Made by a program: the position numbers and the translations under genes. Below are positions 11,665-25,910 of a DNA stretch of 64,000 nt, piece by piece (the first letter of the stretch is position 1; each line of letters opens with the position of its first letter). Source of the DNA: Chiloscyllium plagiosum (taxonomy: Eukaryota); contig NC_057719.1 of the NCBI RefSeq assembly GCF_004010195.1, positions 11,710,603 to 11,774,602 of the forward strand, written 5' to 3'. The notes under the pieces were generated by a model. The model saw nothing but the letters and a program-made list of their open reading frames with translations, was not told the DNA's origin and searched no databases.

Positions 11665-12730
11665 TCATCCTCTGCCATTTCCGTCACCAACAGTCATACC
11701 CCACCACCAGAGATACATTTCCCTCCTCACCCCTTTCAACATTCTGCAGAGACCATTCCCTCTGCGACTCCCTCATTAGGTCCAAGCCCCTCACCAACCC
11801 ACTCTTGGCATCTTCCCTTGCCGCCGCGAGAGGTGTAAAATCTGCATGCGCGCCTCCTGTTTCCTCTACCCAAGGTCCCAAAGGATCCTTCCACATCCAG
11901 CAGTGATTTTCCTGCACATCAAAACACTTCATCTACAGTGTCCGTTGCTCTCAATGTGGTCTTCTGTACAGTGGGGAGAGAGGATGCCAACTTGCGGAAC
12001 ATTTCAGAACATCTCTGGAATGCACATGCTAAACAACCACACTGACCTATGGCTGACCGTGTCAACCCCCCCCCCCCCCCCCACCAACTCCAACAGACAT
12101 ACAAGTCCTGGGCTGTCTCTACTGCCAAATCCTAGCCACCGAACGACTGGAGGAAGAACACCTCATCTTCCATCTTGGGATCCTCCAACCATATAGAATT
12201 AATGTCGATTTTCACCAGTTTCCTCATTTCCCCTCCCTCACCTTATCCCAGATCCAATCCTCCAACTTGGCACTGCCCTCTCGAACTATCCTACCTGTCC
12301 ATCTTCCTTTCCACCTATCCACTCCACCCTCTACTCTGACCACCTACCCCCCCCCCCCCCGCCACCGTCTACTTATTGCATTCTAGCTACCTAGGGAGAT
12401 TTAAACAATCCTTGGGTAAGTACATGGATGATGATGGGATAGTATAGGGAGACGAGCTGAGAATATTTCACAGGTCGGTGCAACACCAAGGGCCGAAGGG
12501 CCTGTTCTGCACTGTATTGTTCTATGTTTTACCTTCCCAGCTACTTTCTTCCCCCCCCCCCTCCATTTATCTCTCAGCCTCCTTGGCCCCACCCCCCACT
12601 CTGCGCACAGGCACAAGCACACATTCCTGTTTGAGCTTATGCTCGAAACATGTCCTGCTCCTTAGATGCTACCTGACTGGCTGTGCTTTTTAATTCTGAT
12701 CTCCAACACTTTGCGGTCCTCACTTTCTCC
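11665..12730 (+). mobile_element. Penelope-like retroelement 3' part (decayed GIY-YIG endonuclease plus family A repeat), interrupted by a CR1 tail at about 12392-12527
   Basis: atctacagtgtccgttgctctcaatgtggtcttctgtacagtggggag reads IYSVRCSQCGLLYSGE. It ends in the family A repeat (cactttctcc). Confidence 0.85.
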
Positions 12731-13927
12731 TCAAGTAAACAATAACAATTTTCAGGAACAGCTGTTTAACAATGGAACGTTTGATCAGGGGAGTCTACAA
12801 AGAAGAATGGGAAAGAAAGGAATAATGGGGAAAACCATTAACTGTGAGCAGCTAATTTCAGTATTTCAGCCAAAACTTGCAGCAGTCCTTATTGGTCTGG
12901 ATTAAGAAATGTAAATTAAATCAGTATCTGTTTTAAAAATAGTCTAGTATGGAATGGGACATAGTTTTTTCGCTACTATATAATGTGCAGTCATGGCATT
13001 TTTGTCTTTTCTGTTTTCAAACATAAAAATGTTTGACCAATGAATTACTTTAGATGTGCACTGACAGTTGTCGTGTAGGCAATCATAAGCATTTGCTGCA
13101 AGTGATTTAAGCACCTTCTAATAGATGTAGATGTTTCAAGTGAATGTATATAACAAGAAGGTTAGATTAAATGTAAGAAATTTAGGACAGCAGCTGAAAC
13201 TGCTTTTCCTCTGACTTATGACGCTGTGGAATGCTTTAGTAAAGTTGATTAAATCAGATCATCTTAACATTTGAGGATTGATTATGCAGGGGATTGAAGG
13301 TTAGAGGGTAAAGAGATATGATCCCAGCTGATGTGCTAGTTACTGTACAAGTCAGATCTAGGACTGAAATCTGACTTGATAAATGTTTGGATTTAACCAG
13401 ATGGTCTGTCTGAAACAGAAGTGTGCAATGTTGCAGACTTGGTTTTAACAATAAAGCAGGAGTTTATTAAGCAAAATAAAATAGACAAAAGTATTTCAGA
13501 TATCTAAAGATTTTGAAACATGGTAGAAATATAATCCCATTAATTTTAAAACAGTCATTTAAATTAGCCAAAAACATCTTTTGTAGGGTAGAGCATTTTG
13601 GGGTAATTGAGTATCTGGCTGGTTTTTGTTAATGTTGGTTGATTTATGATATTCTTGAGCTACTAAAAGGGATAGACATTGTTTTGTAGAGAGTAAAAAT
13701 TTCTTTACTGTGCCCAGTATTAGTTGCTAACTGTTGTACAGAGCGGCAAGCTAGTGTGCAAATCTGTCTGTCTGATATATTTTCCATTCCAGAGCCGATG
13801 TTTACTTTTTTGTATTTTTTTTTCCTCTGGATGTTACATTTTTAAACAGCACATCACTTTCTGGTTAATCCTGGTGTGGTTGAGGCAGCAAGTCTGAATT
13901 CATTCAAAATGAGCTTGGATCTGTGTC

Positions 13928-14181
13928 TCAGTCCCAAGCCTCCAACTCGGCACCGCCCTCCAGACTCGTCCATCACTGCCCCCTTTGATCTGTCACCTTC
14001 TCCCTCACCTTCATCCAACTATCCCTTTTCCAACTACCTCACCCCAACCACACCCCTTCCCATTTATTTCTCAGCCCCAACCCACAAGCCTCATTCATGA
14101 TGAAGGACTTTTGCCCGAACATCGATTCTCCTGCTCAAGTGCTGCCTGACCTGCTGTGCTTTTCCAGCATCACACACTCTA
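13928..14181 (+). mobile_element. PLE 3' end (family A) with short TSD
   Basis: Contains atgatgaaggacttttgcccgaacatcgattctcc and is flanked by cttggatct direct repeats (13914, 14182). Confidence 0.75.
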
Positions 14182-14353
14182 CTTGGATCTATACCTGAAG
14201 GCTGTCAACCTAGTACTGGAGAGTCGAATTGAAATAGTTGACTTTGTTCAGCCGGTGCACGGCCAATGAGTTACATGACCTCTTTTCCATGCCATGGCTT
14301 TTCTATGTTAAACGTCAGCTGAGCCTCTTATCATTGATGTTTAAATGAAATAA

Positions 14354-14611
<258 letters not shown>

Positions 14612-15573
14612 TAACCTCTCTCCAGAAATCATTACAATTTGTATTGGAGTGTAATAATTCAGTCAGTTGCATTTCCTTGCTTTCTCAATTGAATGACTAC
14701 AGTATACCATGAAGTGCTTTATCTGCAGCTAAAATCAATCCTCACCTGAAATATGCGCACACTGTTCTGCAGGGTTGGAGATCAAGTCTGACTCGTTCTT
14801 TCTCTATTTTCTTCCCCTACCCTGAGCACTCTGAAGTAGAAAAAAGGATTGCTGCATTAATATTAATTATAGGAAATTGAATGCAGAGAGTCCAGCTACA
14901 GGGATTGGATAGAATCAAATCTTGTGCTGCAGTATGTTTTTTAACTTTGCTATTAGGGAAGCAGTTAGCATGTGTTTTCAGCCATTTGTGTTTATTAGTG
15001 GTTCTTTTTTCTGATTGTAACTGAATCGTTATTCAAGTGAGAAAGGAAGGAAATGCCACTGACTGCATTATTACACTCCCACAAATGGTAACGATTCCAG
15101 ATTATAAGACTGGCAAAGTCCTGTATTCTTAATGGCTATAGTGCTGATTTAGCCACTCATCTCATTGTAGAAAATTGTGAAAATGAACATGGGCAACATT
15201 TTCATTTTTGGATTAGTGTGTGTGTTTTGGCCATGCCACCACAATCATTAAAAACTAAGTAGTTCCCTTGAGGAAGGGAATGTTCCACTCGTTTAGCCGA
15301 CAACATGATTTAATACATTTTTGAAGTAGCCTGCAACCCCATTCAGTTGTCAGAACTGTCAAAACGTGGCCCTCCATCACCTCTCTGCACCGCTAACCAC
15401 ATAATTAAATACAATACCATGTCTTTTTAGTACTGAAATTGGAACTATTTGTATATACACTGTGAATTTTTAAAGTGTAGCTGTTAAGTGTTGAACTTGA
15501 AGAGCAAGAAAACATTACATTCCATTGGTCATTGCTGAATTCTTCCACACTAGTGTCACATGAGTTTCAACTG

Positions 15574-15758
15574 TTAGATTAGATTCCCTACAGTATGGAA
15601 ACAGGCCCTTCGGCCCAACAAGTCCACACTGACCCGCCGAAGAGCAATCCATCCAGATCTATTACCCTACATTTACCCCTGACCAATGTACCTAACACTA
15701 TGGGCGTTTTAGCATGGCCAGTTCACCTAACCTGCACATCTTTGGACTGTGGGAGGAA
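15574..15758 (-). mobile_element. 5'-truncated HE1-like SINE
   Basis: Tail and part of the V-domain only. Confidence 0.85.
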
Positions 15759-16349
15759 TTGTGTTAACAAGATGCAAACCTTCTTACAGTCATGAAATGA
15801 ATCCATTTGAAAACAAATTTTGCTTGCTAAGCAAGTTGGGGTTCATATTTACAACTGATTGTGGTGCCAATTTTTTTTGCCCATTTACACTTTTATAAAA
15901 ATATTTATGCATGCTGGATGAAATGGCAAAACATGCCCATGGTATACTTTCCAGGGTAAGGTACACCCTGGAAAATTTTAACCTATTGATATTAAGTGTA
16001 TTTATGCCTATAGATATCTTTGCTAACCTGCTTTGTTAATACATCACATAGTGTTAATACGTCAGAGTGGCATTTGGGTTGAGCAATTAACATTGCAACT
16101 AATGCATTTACATACGTTAAATGTAAAGATTTCGAAAGAGGTAGGAGCACAATCCCATTCATCCAAAATTGCATTTACAGTACTCAGTTACACCAGGAAA
16201 AACTGTTTTCTAGCATTTTAATAGATTTAACTGTGACTTCAACTTGCAGTCTGGAAAATCTGATGGCCGCCTCTTCCTTTTCTCGGGAACACCACTTCAG
16301 TCATCCATCTCTTTGGCAGAACTGCCCCCAACTGAAATTTTTAAAATAA

Positions 16350-16570
16350 GTAGAAAATGTGTAAGGAACTCAGCAGCTCTGGAAGCAGCTGTGAAGAGAG
16401 AAACAGAATTGATATTTCAAGTCTGATATGACTCTCTACTTTTAGAACTGAACTGTTTAAAGAATCATTTAACTGTTTTTCCTCTCTCCATTGTTACTGC
16501 CAGACCTGCTGAGATTCTCCAATATTTTGTTTCTGTCAGAGTTCCAACATCTCCAATATTTTGTGCTTAA
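16350..16570. repeat. Old fold-back repeat, probably derived from a PLE terminus
   Basis: actcagcagctctggaagcagctgtgaagagagaaacag is mirrored by ctgtttttcctctctccattgttactgccagacctgctgag. Relatives lie near 19635-19780 and 26450-26655. Confidence 0.6.
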
Positions 16571-16789
16571 ATTTTTTAAAATCTGATTTCAAGCCATGGT
16601 ATTTCCCCAAGCTTTAAATAAAAACACCCAGCGAAGTGTTTCTAACACAAACCTCAATACAAGATTGTTTACCTTGTCTACTCATAACCTCTCCTAATGT
16701 AAACAAAAACCCATTCATCCTGGAGGCTGCTTCTCCAAGTTTAAAAGAAATCACCATGGCTAAAGGAATATTTGCAAGTTAATCATTGA

Positions 16790-16959
16790 GGAGAAAGTGA
16801 GGACTGCAGATGCTGGAGATCAGTCAAGAGTGTGGTGCTGGAAAAGCACAGCAGGTCAGGCAGCATCCAAGGAGCAGGAGGTGAAAGGCTTATGCCCAAA
16901 ACATCGATTCTCCTGCTCGGATGCTGCCTGACCTGTGCTTTTCCAGCACCACACTCTTG
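16790..16959. mobile_element. Fold-back PLE family A insertion
   Basis: Inverted arms, with imperfect TSD aagttaatcattga (16776-16789) / aagttgatcattaa (16960-16973). Confidence 0.85.
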
Positions 16960-17356
16960 AAGTTGATCATTAAACCCATCAAATGCACAGAAAAAAACCA
17001 TGTGACACTAATTCCAAACTTGTATATATTTGAATATAATTTAGTTTTGTCTCGCTCCCTACATCACAATCACTCAACAGTGGATTAGTGAGGCATAACA
17101 ATCTTTGTTGTGGATCTTGTACAGCTGTACCAGTGGTATGGCAGCTTATTGAAGACCATTTGGAAAGGATCCTGGGATATTAAGTATTGGTAATGTGTCA
17201 AGAATTGTGGGTGTTCATACCCTCAATTCTCCATGTGATTATATTCCAACTTCACTCATTTTGGAGAATGAATCCTAGTGAAAAGGAAAAAACTTGTTAT
17301 GGGCAAAAGAAGTTGAGAAGTTTTTTTAAAAGGTGAAGTTCTAACATTTTCTTTAA

Positions 17357-17491
<135 letters not shown>

Positions 17492-17767
17492 TGATGCACA
17501 TTGCTGCTACAGAGTGATATGGGGAGTAAATGTTTGTGACTGTGGTGCCAATCAGGCAGGCTGCTTCATACTGGATAGTGTCAAACTTGAGTTTTTAGAC
17601 CTGCGCCTGTGCAGGCAATTGGTAATGCCATTGAATGTCAAGAGGCAGTGCTTAGAGTCATTCTTAAAGATGATCATTGCCTGGCCCTTGTTAGCCCAAG
17701 CCTGGAATTTGCTCAAGTCTTGTTGTACTGCGGAATGGACTCATTTAGTAATGAAACATGGACACTG

Positions 17768-18077
17768 CTGGCTAACACTGCTGCCTCACAGCGCCAGAGA
17801 CCCGGGTTCAATTCCCGCCTCAGGGCGACTGACTGTGTGGAGTTTGCACGTTCTACCCGTGTCTGCGTGGGTTTCCTCCAGGTGCTCCAGTTTCCTCCCA
17901 CAGTCCAAAGATGTGCAGGTCAGGTGAATTGGCCATACTAAATTGCCTGTAGTGTTAGGTAAGGGGTAAATGTAAATGTAGGGGTATGGGTGGGTTGCGC
18001 TTCGGCGGGTCGGTGTGGACTTGTTGGTCTGAAGGGCCTGTTTCCACACTGTAATGTAATCTAATCTAATCTAAAAA
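17768..18077 (+). mobile_element. HE1-like V-SINE, near full length
   Basis: B-box ggttcaattccc, V-domain gtgtggagtttgcacgttctacccgtgtctgcgtgggtttcctcc, and (aatct)n tail. Confidence 0.92.
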
Positions 18078-18330
18078 CCCAGCATTTATTGCTCATCCCT
18101 AAATGACCAAAGGGCAGCTGGGTTAACTACATTGCTGAGAATCTGGAGTCACATGTAGGCCAAACCAGATAAGGACAGCAGATTTCCTTTACTAAAGGGG
18201 AAAACAGATGAGTTTTTATGACCGTGGTTACATGTTTGCCATTTTATTCTAGATTTTTTATTGAATTCAAATAAAACAATTTGCCATATCCCCAGACATG
18301 GGTTACTAGTCCAGTGGCATTTCCACTTCA
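18078..18330 (-). mobile_element. Family 2 tRNA-derived SINE, degenerate
   Basis: Reverse complement resembles 6320-6668 (ccagcatttattgctcatccctaa...ggagtcacatgtaggcc). Confidence 0.7.
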
Positions 18331-20599
18331 TTGTCTCCCCCTTCATGAGGTGGTTTGAGAACGATCTCTCGCTCTCTGGGGCAAGTACAATTAACAGGTT
18401 GGGATAATGCAGCAATTGGTTGCTTCCTGTTCCTGCCACTTAGTTCCACTAATCCCTGCCATCTGGCTAATGTATTAGCAAAATCAAACAAAGAAATGTA
18501 TATGTCAATGAATTTGTAAGTTAGTGGCAGATTGTGTAAATCTTGTGCTTCCTACAAATGCTAACAATCTAGTTACATAAGAATAAGCAGTGGCTTTCAA
18601 AAATGAATACACCATTCAGCTGCTCAAGCCTATTCAACTATTCAGTTAAATCATTTTAGTACTGAAGTTATGTATTGCTTGAAAAAAATGCTGTCAAAGC
18701 TTTTCATCTTGCCCTCGTTAGGACAGATCAAAGCATAGCACATTTCAAAGGGAGCAATCCTCATAGTGTGCAAAAATGCTGCTGATTGGTTGGCAAGTCA
18801 CTCAGGTCAAGATGCTGACATGGAGAAACCTGACCACAGAATCACAATACTGGACATTATGGTTTGTGTTTTGTGAGTAAGAGCTGGTTTAGTACTCTGC
18901 CTTTTGCAGACAACTAAAGGGATACTTTATCTGGTGCAATCTGCCAGGCTTTGGGATATACAGCCTACGTACCTAGTGTCACGCTACTGAAACTTTCACT
19001 GTGGTAGTGATGAGAGTCTAGCTGATCATAATGCTGAACAAGTCAGACTCCAGAGTGAAACCTGACTTAATAACAAAAGTTTTATTTTTACAGTTTGTTA
19101 ATCATAGTCAGTTGGTCAGTCATTAAACTTATGCATGCAAGGCTGTCATGTGCTTTAACAACAGAATGTATTCATTACCTAAAGGGCAAGTTTTGGCAAT
19201 TTTGAAAGGCATTATTATAAACAGCAAAACTTTCAGCCCTTCTTTTCTGAGCAGTATCATGAGACCATAAGGTATATGCACTCAACCCAATGAAGTATCA
19301 TTCCCTATCCTCAATTTAACCTGTAAATTCAATAAGAAATTCTAGCAAGCATTTCCTTTCATTGGTTTTCTGCATGCTCACCAGATGTAATTGTCTCCAT
19401 CTCTTCCCCCAAGGTACAGGCTAACTGATTTGCTTTTCTCACTGACCGTTAAGAATAACTCAAACGTCTTTCAAGCATGATAGCCTGAAAGCTTCCCCAC
19501 ACAAAAATGTTCATCTGCTGGAGTTATCTTTTCTACTGAATTCAACCTGATATTGTTGCTCCGGCCATCTATGTTAGATTGTCGGCATTCAACTTTGTGA
19601 ACTCTTTAGCATTTATTTCCCAGGTAGCTTTCAAGAAACTCAGCAGATCTGGCTATCTCTGAAGAGAGAAACATTTCAAGTCCAATATGACTCACTGACG
19701 TTAACTGTGTTCTCTCTCAGTGGTTTCTCAAACTGATCTTTTATCCACTTCAGCTCTGTTCAGACAGCAGTATTTTATTTTTCATCATTTTTAATATAGT
19801 CTTAAATAGGAAAAGGACTTTATAAAAAACACAATGAAGGAATTAAAAGAAAGTTACTTTGGTGTTACACAACTTTATGTAATCAGTGAGGGAAGAGATA
19901 AGATGGCATAGCGTCAGGATTTGTGTACTGAATGCAATTTGGCTGGCAACAGATAGCTGGTTTGTGCAGTTTTGATGCTAAAGGTCACCAGCCTGATGAC
20001 ATCTGGCTTCTGGGTAGCTAAGCAGTTTGTAGGTGTGATGTGAGTGGCAGTGGTTCTCTAAGCAATTGATGGAAAAGCAAGTTGTGCTTCTATCTCCCTG
20101 CAGTAAAAGTACCTGGATTAAAACAGCTATTTTATTCAACCAGCTGCTTTAAGCTGTTGCCTTTAACCAGTAGTTAAGGGCCTTTGTAATCGGTGTTTGA
20201 ATTATCCTGTGGGACTTGTGAAAGAACATGGTGAATGGAGAGGCTAAGAAATATTTCATTTGGACTGGTGCTATTGAACTGTTTCCCTCGTTCTTTCTCT
20301 CTACCTGTAGCACCAATTTTTTTTGTTTGTGTGTGTGCGCGCATGTATTTAAAAGTGGGGTTATTTCAACTAATTGAGTTGTTGCTAGTTTTTTTTTACC
20401 CGTGGCTGAACTTATTTGTAGTTAATAGTTCATGTTGAGTACAGCAACCTAGGCAGTGTTTTCTGTTCGCATGATTCAATCAGACAGGTGAGTTGGGGAT
20501 TTTATGTACTTTGATTAAGTTTTGTAGCAATCCTTTAAATAATGGGGCTCAAGAATGAGCACACTTTGCTAAGTGGATCACAATTTGAGAATCAAAGTT

Positions 20600-21270
20600 C
20601 CCAAAGAATTGTAATATATTGTAAACCTTTATCACAGGTAGGCAGACACCATTTTAGGCAGCGTTCTGAGAAAAGATGCCACTTGTACTGCTACTGCATA
20701 ATAGCTGCTCAAAACAGTTAGCTTTTCCTATTTCTTAAATTTTCAGATGTTTTGCCCATCCAGGGTAATTTTGAGGCGGCTTGCCAGTTTCTGACCTGAA
20801 GAGTGTCCAATGTTAGGTCCATTCAAGATTAAGTACAATACACAGCGAGTAATGATTTGATCAGGGTGTCCATTATCGCAGAAGATGACTTTGTAGCTTA
20901 TTTTGGCATCAAGTCTACATAGTATGCAAAAAGTTCAGATTTATTTGAGCTTTCTGATAAAGCCAACATTGAGGCATGTGGAGCTGTTGGAATCCCGACA
21001 TGAATATTCACCAGTGGAGGTAGACTTGTGCAGACAAAAGCGAAGAATCCTATATTACTGGGTTTAAGGCTTCCATTTGAGGTGTGAAAAGTGCCTGGCC
21101 AACCTCAAATTCTCCATGGAAACATCTTTACCAATTGGAACAAATTTCCCAACCAGTTAGCACACTGATTTACTTATCTTGTTGCTCCCTTTGAAATTTT
21201 TTATTCTTGCCTGTGTCCTGATGAGACAAGATGAAAAATTTCTACAGCATGCCTCTTTCTATCAGCAAAT
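20600..21270 (-). mobile_element. Old Penelope-like element fragment (family C) with an inverted terminal segment at 21130-21270
   Basis: Reverse strand reads LDAKIS..DNGHPDQIITRC..KLPWMGK..YYAVA, like a PLE RT thumb/linker. The terminal segment is the reverse complement of the repeat at 18680-18760. Confidence 0.6.
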
Positions 21271-21516
21271 GTGGCAATATGTGTTTTTTTTTCTTGGTGG
21301 ACAAGCTAATGTGGGCTGATTTGCATGACTGATTAGCGTTAAACTGCAGTTTACTTCAAATCTCATTTTTATTTTGCTCAACATTTTAAGATAACAATGA
21401 CCAGCTTTTCTGTGGGCACTGACTGCTGATCATGGATGAGAATGCGAGGTTGTTTATCAATGGATGTTTGTGTAAAATCAGCTCCATAGTCATTACAATG
21501 CTTGTTTTCTTTTCAG

Positions 21517-21622
21517 ATATGCAGAGCTTGGATAAATTGTTGAAAGACGCTATTGTGCATGGGCAGCCACGGACTCGCAGACCATGGAAAAAGATTCTCA
21601 TTGTGGTAGAGGGAATTTACAG
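21517..21622 (+). CDS. SPTLC2: SPTLC2 internal exon (106 bp)
   Basis: tttcag|AT...TACAG|gtacaa. Translates (N)[35 protein letters not shown]. Confidence 0.98.
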
Positions 21623-24050
21623 GTACAAACATAAGTAGTTGTGTTCAATTACAGAATTCAATCTGAATGAGATTTTCTGCACTCTGCAGTATATTAGCCA
21701 TGTCTGTTTGAAATGCTGGTAATATGCCTTGCATTCATTGCCTTGCATGTTTTATGTTCCATTGCACATGCCATCAAATCTTGTAATTGCAGAGGTGTAA
21801 GTTTTGAAAATGCCAGCATCTTCACGATTTGCAAAGTTCTGTTATTCCAGGTGATATTTTAAGAAAGCAGAGCACCTGGTAGGGTGTTTTAATACATTAC
21901 CAAACATACCACAAAATTCACCAGTGTGTAATTGAACTGAATTTGGTACTGAGCCACATAAGGAGATATTGGGAAAGTTCAGCAAGAGAGGCTGCTCTTC
22001 AGGGGCATCTTAATGAATGAAAGAGCTACTGCGATGGAGGGGTTATGGGGTGAAATTCCAGACTTGTAGGTAGCTGAATGCACAATGAATATTGGTGACT
22101 CGATCTCAACTTCCATCTCCTCATGCCTCTGTGAGCGACCTTGGGATGTTCTTTGTGAGATGGGTGCTTTTCAGCTTTTTATATATCAAGTGACTGTAAT
22201 TTGAATGCAAAATTAGTTTTACCCAAGCTGCACTCATCAGCCTCTCCTCCCTGACAAGTAATTTTTCCCTCTAATTTGTGCTGAACTAATCAAGTTAAAA
22301 TTAGATGGTGTTTTAAATAGAATTCAAATTTATCTGCAGCCATTCCAATTTTGTTCTGCTTTTTAAAACAAAAGCATACTACTCTGAACTCTGGAATAAC
22401 AGCTATCTTCATATCTAAAGATTACTTGTTCCATTCTTTGTGGCTTCCCATTCACTGACTTTAACATTAGCCAATAAAATGCCTCAAGTAAATGGAGGAG
22501 CTCAGAACTGAACACACTGGTGGCATTGCTGTAAAAGACTATCTAAGATTTTAGATCCAATGAGTTTCTTTTTGTCAATGTACAAAAGCATTTTTTTAAA
22601 GCTAAAATTAACAACTGCAGTTATTTTAGTTTAAGCTGTGTTCTATTTTGCCCTCCCTTTTTAAAATTAAAGTCTAACAGTAAGTTGTAATTTAAAAAGG
22701 AGCTGCCCAACAAAATGTATCTTGGACCTATTAATTTTGAGTGTATAGATGTTTGCAATTTGCACTTAGTATGTATGGCAGTTGGGTGGTAAATTTGTGA
22801 TGCTGATATTAGTGATGTACAGTTAAAGTAGATTTTGACAGATAATTGTAAATTTGCCTGAATAAAGATTGTTGTCCACCAGCATGTTGTCAATTTAAAA
22901 AAATCTGAATACAACTCAGTTGCTAAGAATAAGTAGCTGACTGCTTATCACACCGCAAACATTACAGCATTTCAAATATAATAAAACAATATGCTGCTAA
23001 TAGTAATGAATAACTTTGTTTGAATTCAAAGTAGAATAAGAGTTTGCAACATCTTAAGTTAGAACAAAAAAAAGTATGTGTGTATCATCAGTTTACATGT
23101 CCTATGTTTTCGGATTAACGGACCATGTTCATTCGAATACGGGGTTTTATTGAAGTATTGGTCTGACATTTTCATGCCATTTAAGAGCCTTTCTGAGGTT
23201 TTCTATTTGAAACATTTTTCTATAAATACTTCTGAGTTGCCCAAAGTTGTCATTTATGTTTTATTTGGATAGCTCATTTGTGCTTCGGGACTCCCTTTCA
23301 GACATTTTAACTTATAAATGTATGGTAAAAGAACCCATGTTTAATACAAGAGTTAGTCTGTAGGAGCTGAGATTTGTAAACATGCTAAAAATCTTAAGTA
23401 GAGTGTTATACTGATTGGTTTGCTTTAAAGTATATTACATTAAAATTCAACGGAACTGAATTTGATTTTCTGTATATTAATATCGACTGAAGTTAACTGT
23501 GGGGGAAAATAGACAAAAGAGGCCCCCAACCTTGAGCCTATGGTCTAGTACTTTTGTGGGTGGGAAATTGGTTCATGATGCAGATACAATGCTTTACAAT
23601 TGGATTAAGTGATCTGCTCTCAGGACCTTTATCCTTTGGTGCTTATGCTTTTGCACACTCGGTTACTCCACAATAATATGGAGAGCAAGTACAGTCGTGT
23701 ATTTACATGAAAGTTTTGACTTATCTGTGGTATAGCTGCATGTGTGATGCTGCCTTACTCTTGTTTTGAGCATGGCTTTCCATGTTACAGATTGCAGATT
23801 TTCTCCACCCATCTGCAATGTCCACTGTTGCCTACAATCCTCCAAGGCCAACATACTATGAGAAGAGACACTTGATGTCTTAATATTGGAAATTCTTCTT
23901 CTAACTGGATTTTAAACTGTTAATGTTACAAAATATATTCCATGTCTACATATTTCTGAAATATTTACTTTCTGCTGCAGTACAATTCAGAGGCCTTTTT
24001 CAGGTTTGAAATAGGCTAAGTTTAAACTGAGTTTGTTGTGTTGAATTTAA

Positions 24051-24305
<255 letters not shown>

Positions 24306-25783
24306 TAGGACTTCCCATTTTAACCTTTTTGTGGGAGGCACTTTGGTAAACAGAGTGCCATTGGTGTACCGTTAGAATACCAATCTTGTATTTAAAGGTT
24401 TTGGCTTGCTGGTTAGGTTTGCTTAAACTGCTTCGCTTGCTTTCTGTGTATCCCTTGGGAAGTTTAATTATTTGACCAGTGAGGCATCTGGCTGCTTTTG
24501 ATCATCTAGTGTAGCAAAACTAGCAAATGAGGATGACTAAGATGTCCCAATATTTCAAACTGCATAGTTTAAAAAAAATGTAAGAGCAAAACCCTCCTTT
24601 TTAATAGAACTGTAGCTACCAGCAGATGGTGTTTTCGGATGCAGTGCTATTGGTACTCATCATCCCCATCTCCTGGAAAATGCCAGTAATGCCATTCCGC
24701 TAAGCTATTTTAATTATAACCTGATAGCAAAATTTTGATTTGTATGTTGCTTGCAGAATGATCTGAATAAGTTTAGTGTCCTACTTTCAGTTTAAAGATT
24801 AGTGAGATGACTTAAATAGGTTATCTTTTGAAATCACTGCCATTTTAACAGTAATATATGATGCACTTAATGTTTCAACGTGATGCATGTCATGTAACTG
24901 TTAATGAAAGTTTGAGATACTGGGAAAATGCAATCAAGTTCATAACAGAAGAAAAGTTTGATTTTGAATATTGCCTAAGTTTGTTCACCATGCCTTTATC
25001 TAATTTATCTTAAAAGATAATTGGAGTAGAACTATGGTATCTGTTGATACAGAACCTGTAATTCAAAATTAGATTAAATAGCCATAGATGTAATATTGCT
25101 TTGAATGTGCCTAACCTGAGAACTTGGTTAATTTCCTAATATTGCTGTCTCTTCTCTTGATCAAAATAATCCTGTACTTCGTAATCTGTCAAAAAATACT
25201 AAAACTACGGTATGGAATACTGGTCTGTTTTTAGGTTCAAAGTTTCAAATGACGTTCGAGTTAAACAGTTTGTATTGGGAAAACTGCTTAAATGTGTCTG
25301 TTCAGTTTGAACTCCTACCTATGTTGATAATTAAGCTTGAAGCTTGTCAAGCTTGAAGTTCTGGCTGTTTACCAAACCGACGACATATTAGACGACAAAC
25401 AATTAAGATTTGGAGTCTTATTGTAAATCTGTAGTTGAACATGAACATTAGTTTTCACTTTTCTCTTCTGGACTCTTTCACCTGTTCAGACATCATTGTC
25501 ACCAATCATATAACTTAGAGTCAGTTTTATTTAAAAAAAAATCCAATATCGATGAACTTTTCAAGTGACCTGTTTTAAAGTTAACATTCCAGGTATTTCC
25601 ACAAAACCGAAATCTATTTTCCACAATTCTTGAACATGTTTATTCTCTACGAAATATTACATCTCGAGTGTCTCTTTAATAACAGATCTTTGGAGAGATC
25701 TATAGCTAGTTTAAAGTTTAGTGTTATTGATTTTCATCTTTTATCATAGTGCAAAATAAATCCACACGATTTCTTCCTTGTAG

Positions 25784-25910
25784 GCACTCGTAGACTACCT
25801 TCGCTCACATTCTCACAGTACAGTGTATGCTACCTCAATGTCTGCACCTATTGCAGAGCAAATCATTGCATCCATGAAATGCATCATGGGCGAAGACGGC
25901 ACAACACTTG
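25784..25910 (+). CDS. SPTLC2: SPTLC2 internal exon (127 bp), the last exon found in the window
   Basis: tgtag|GCA...CTTG|gtaagt. Translates [43 protein letters not shown]. Confidence 0.97.

Noticed and set aside
12065..12080. Poly-C/poly-G runs (also near 12347, 29945, 32667, 49709)
   Set aside because: Simple homopolymer expansions, several inside repeats, with no evidence of function.
15948..15974. 10-bp inverted repeat tttccagggt / accctggaaa
   Set aside because: Short, single copy and without a TSD. Compatible with chance in 64 kb.
19863..20582. Possible solo LTR (TG...CA ends)
   Set aside because: No TSD, primer-binding site or second copy that I could verify.
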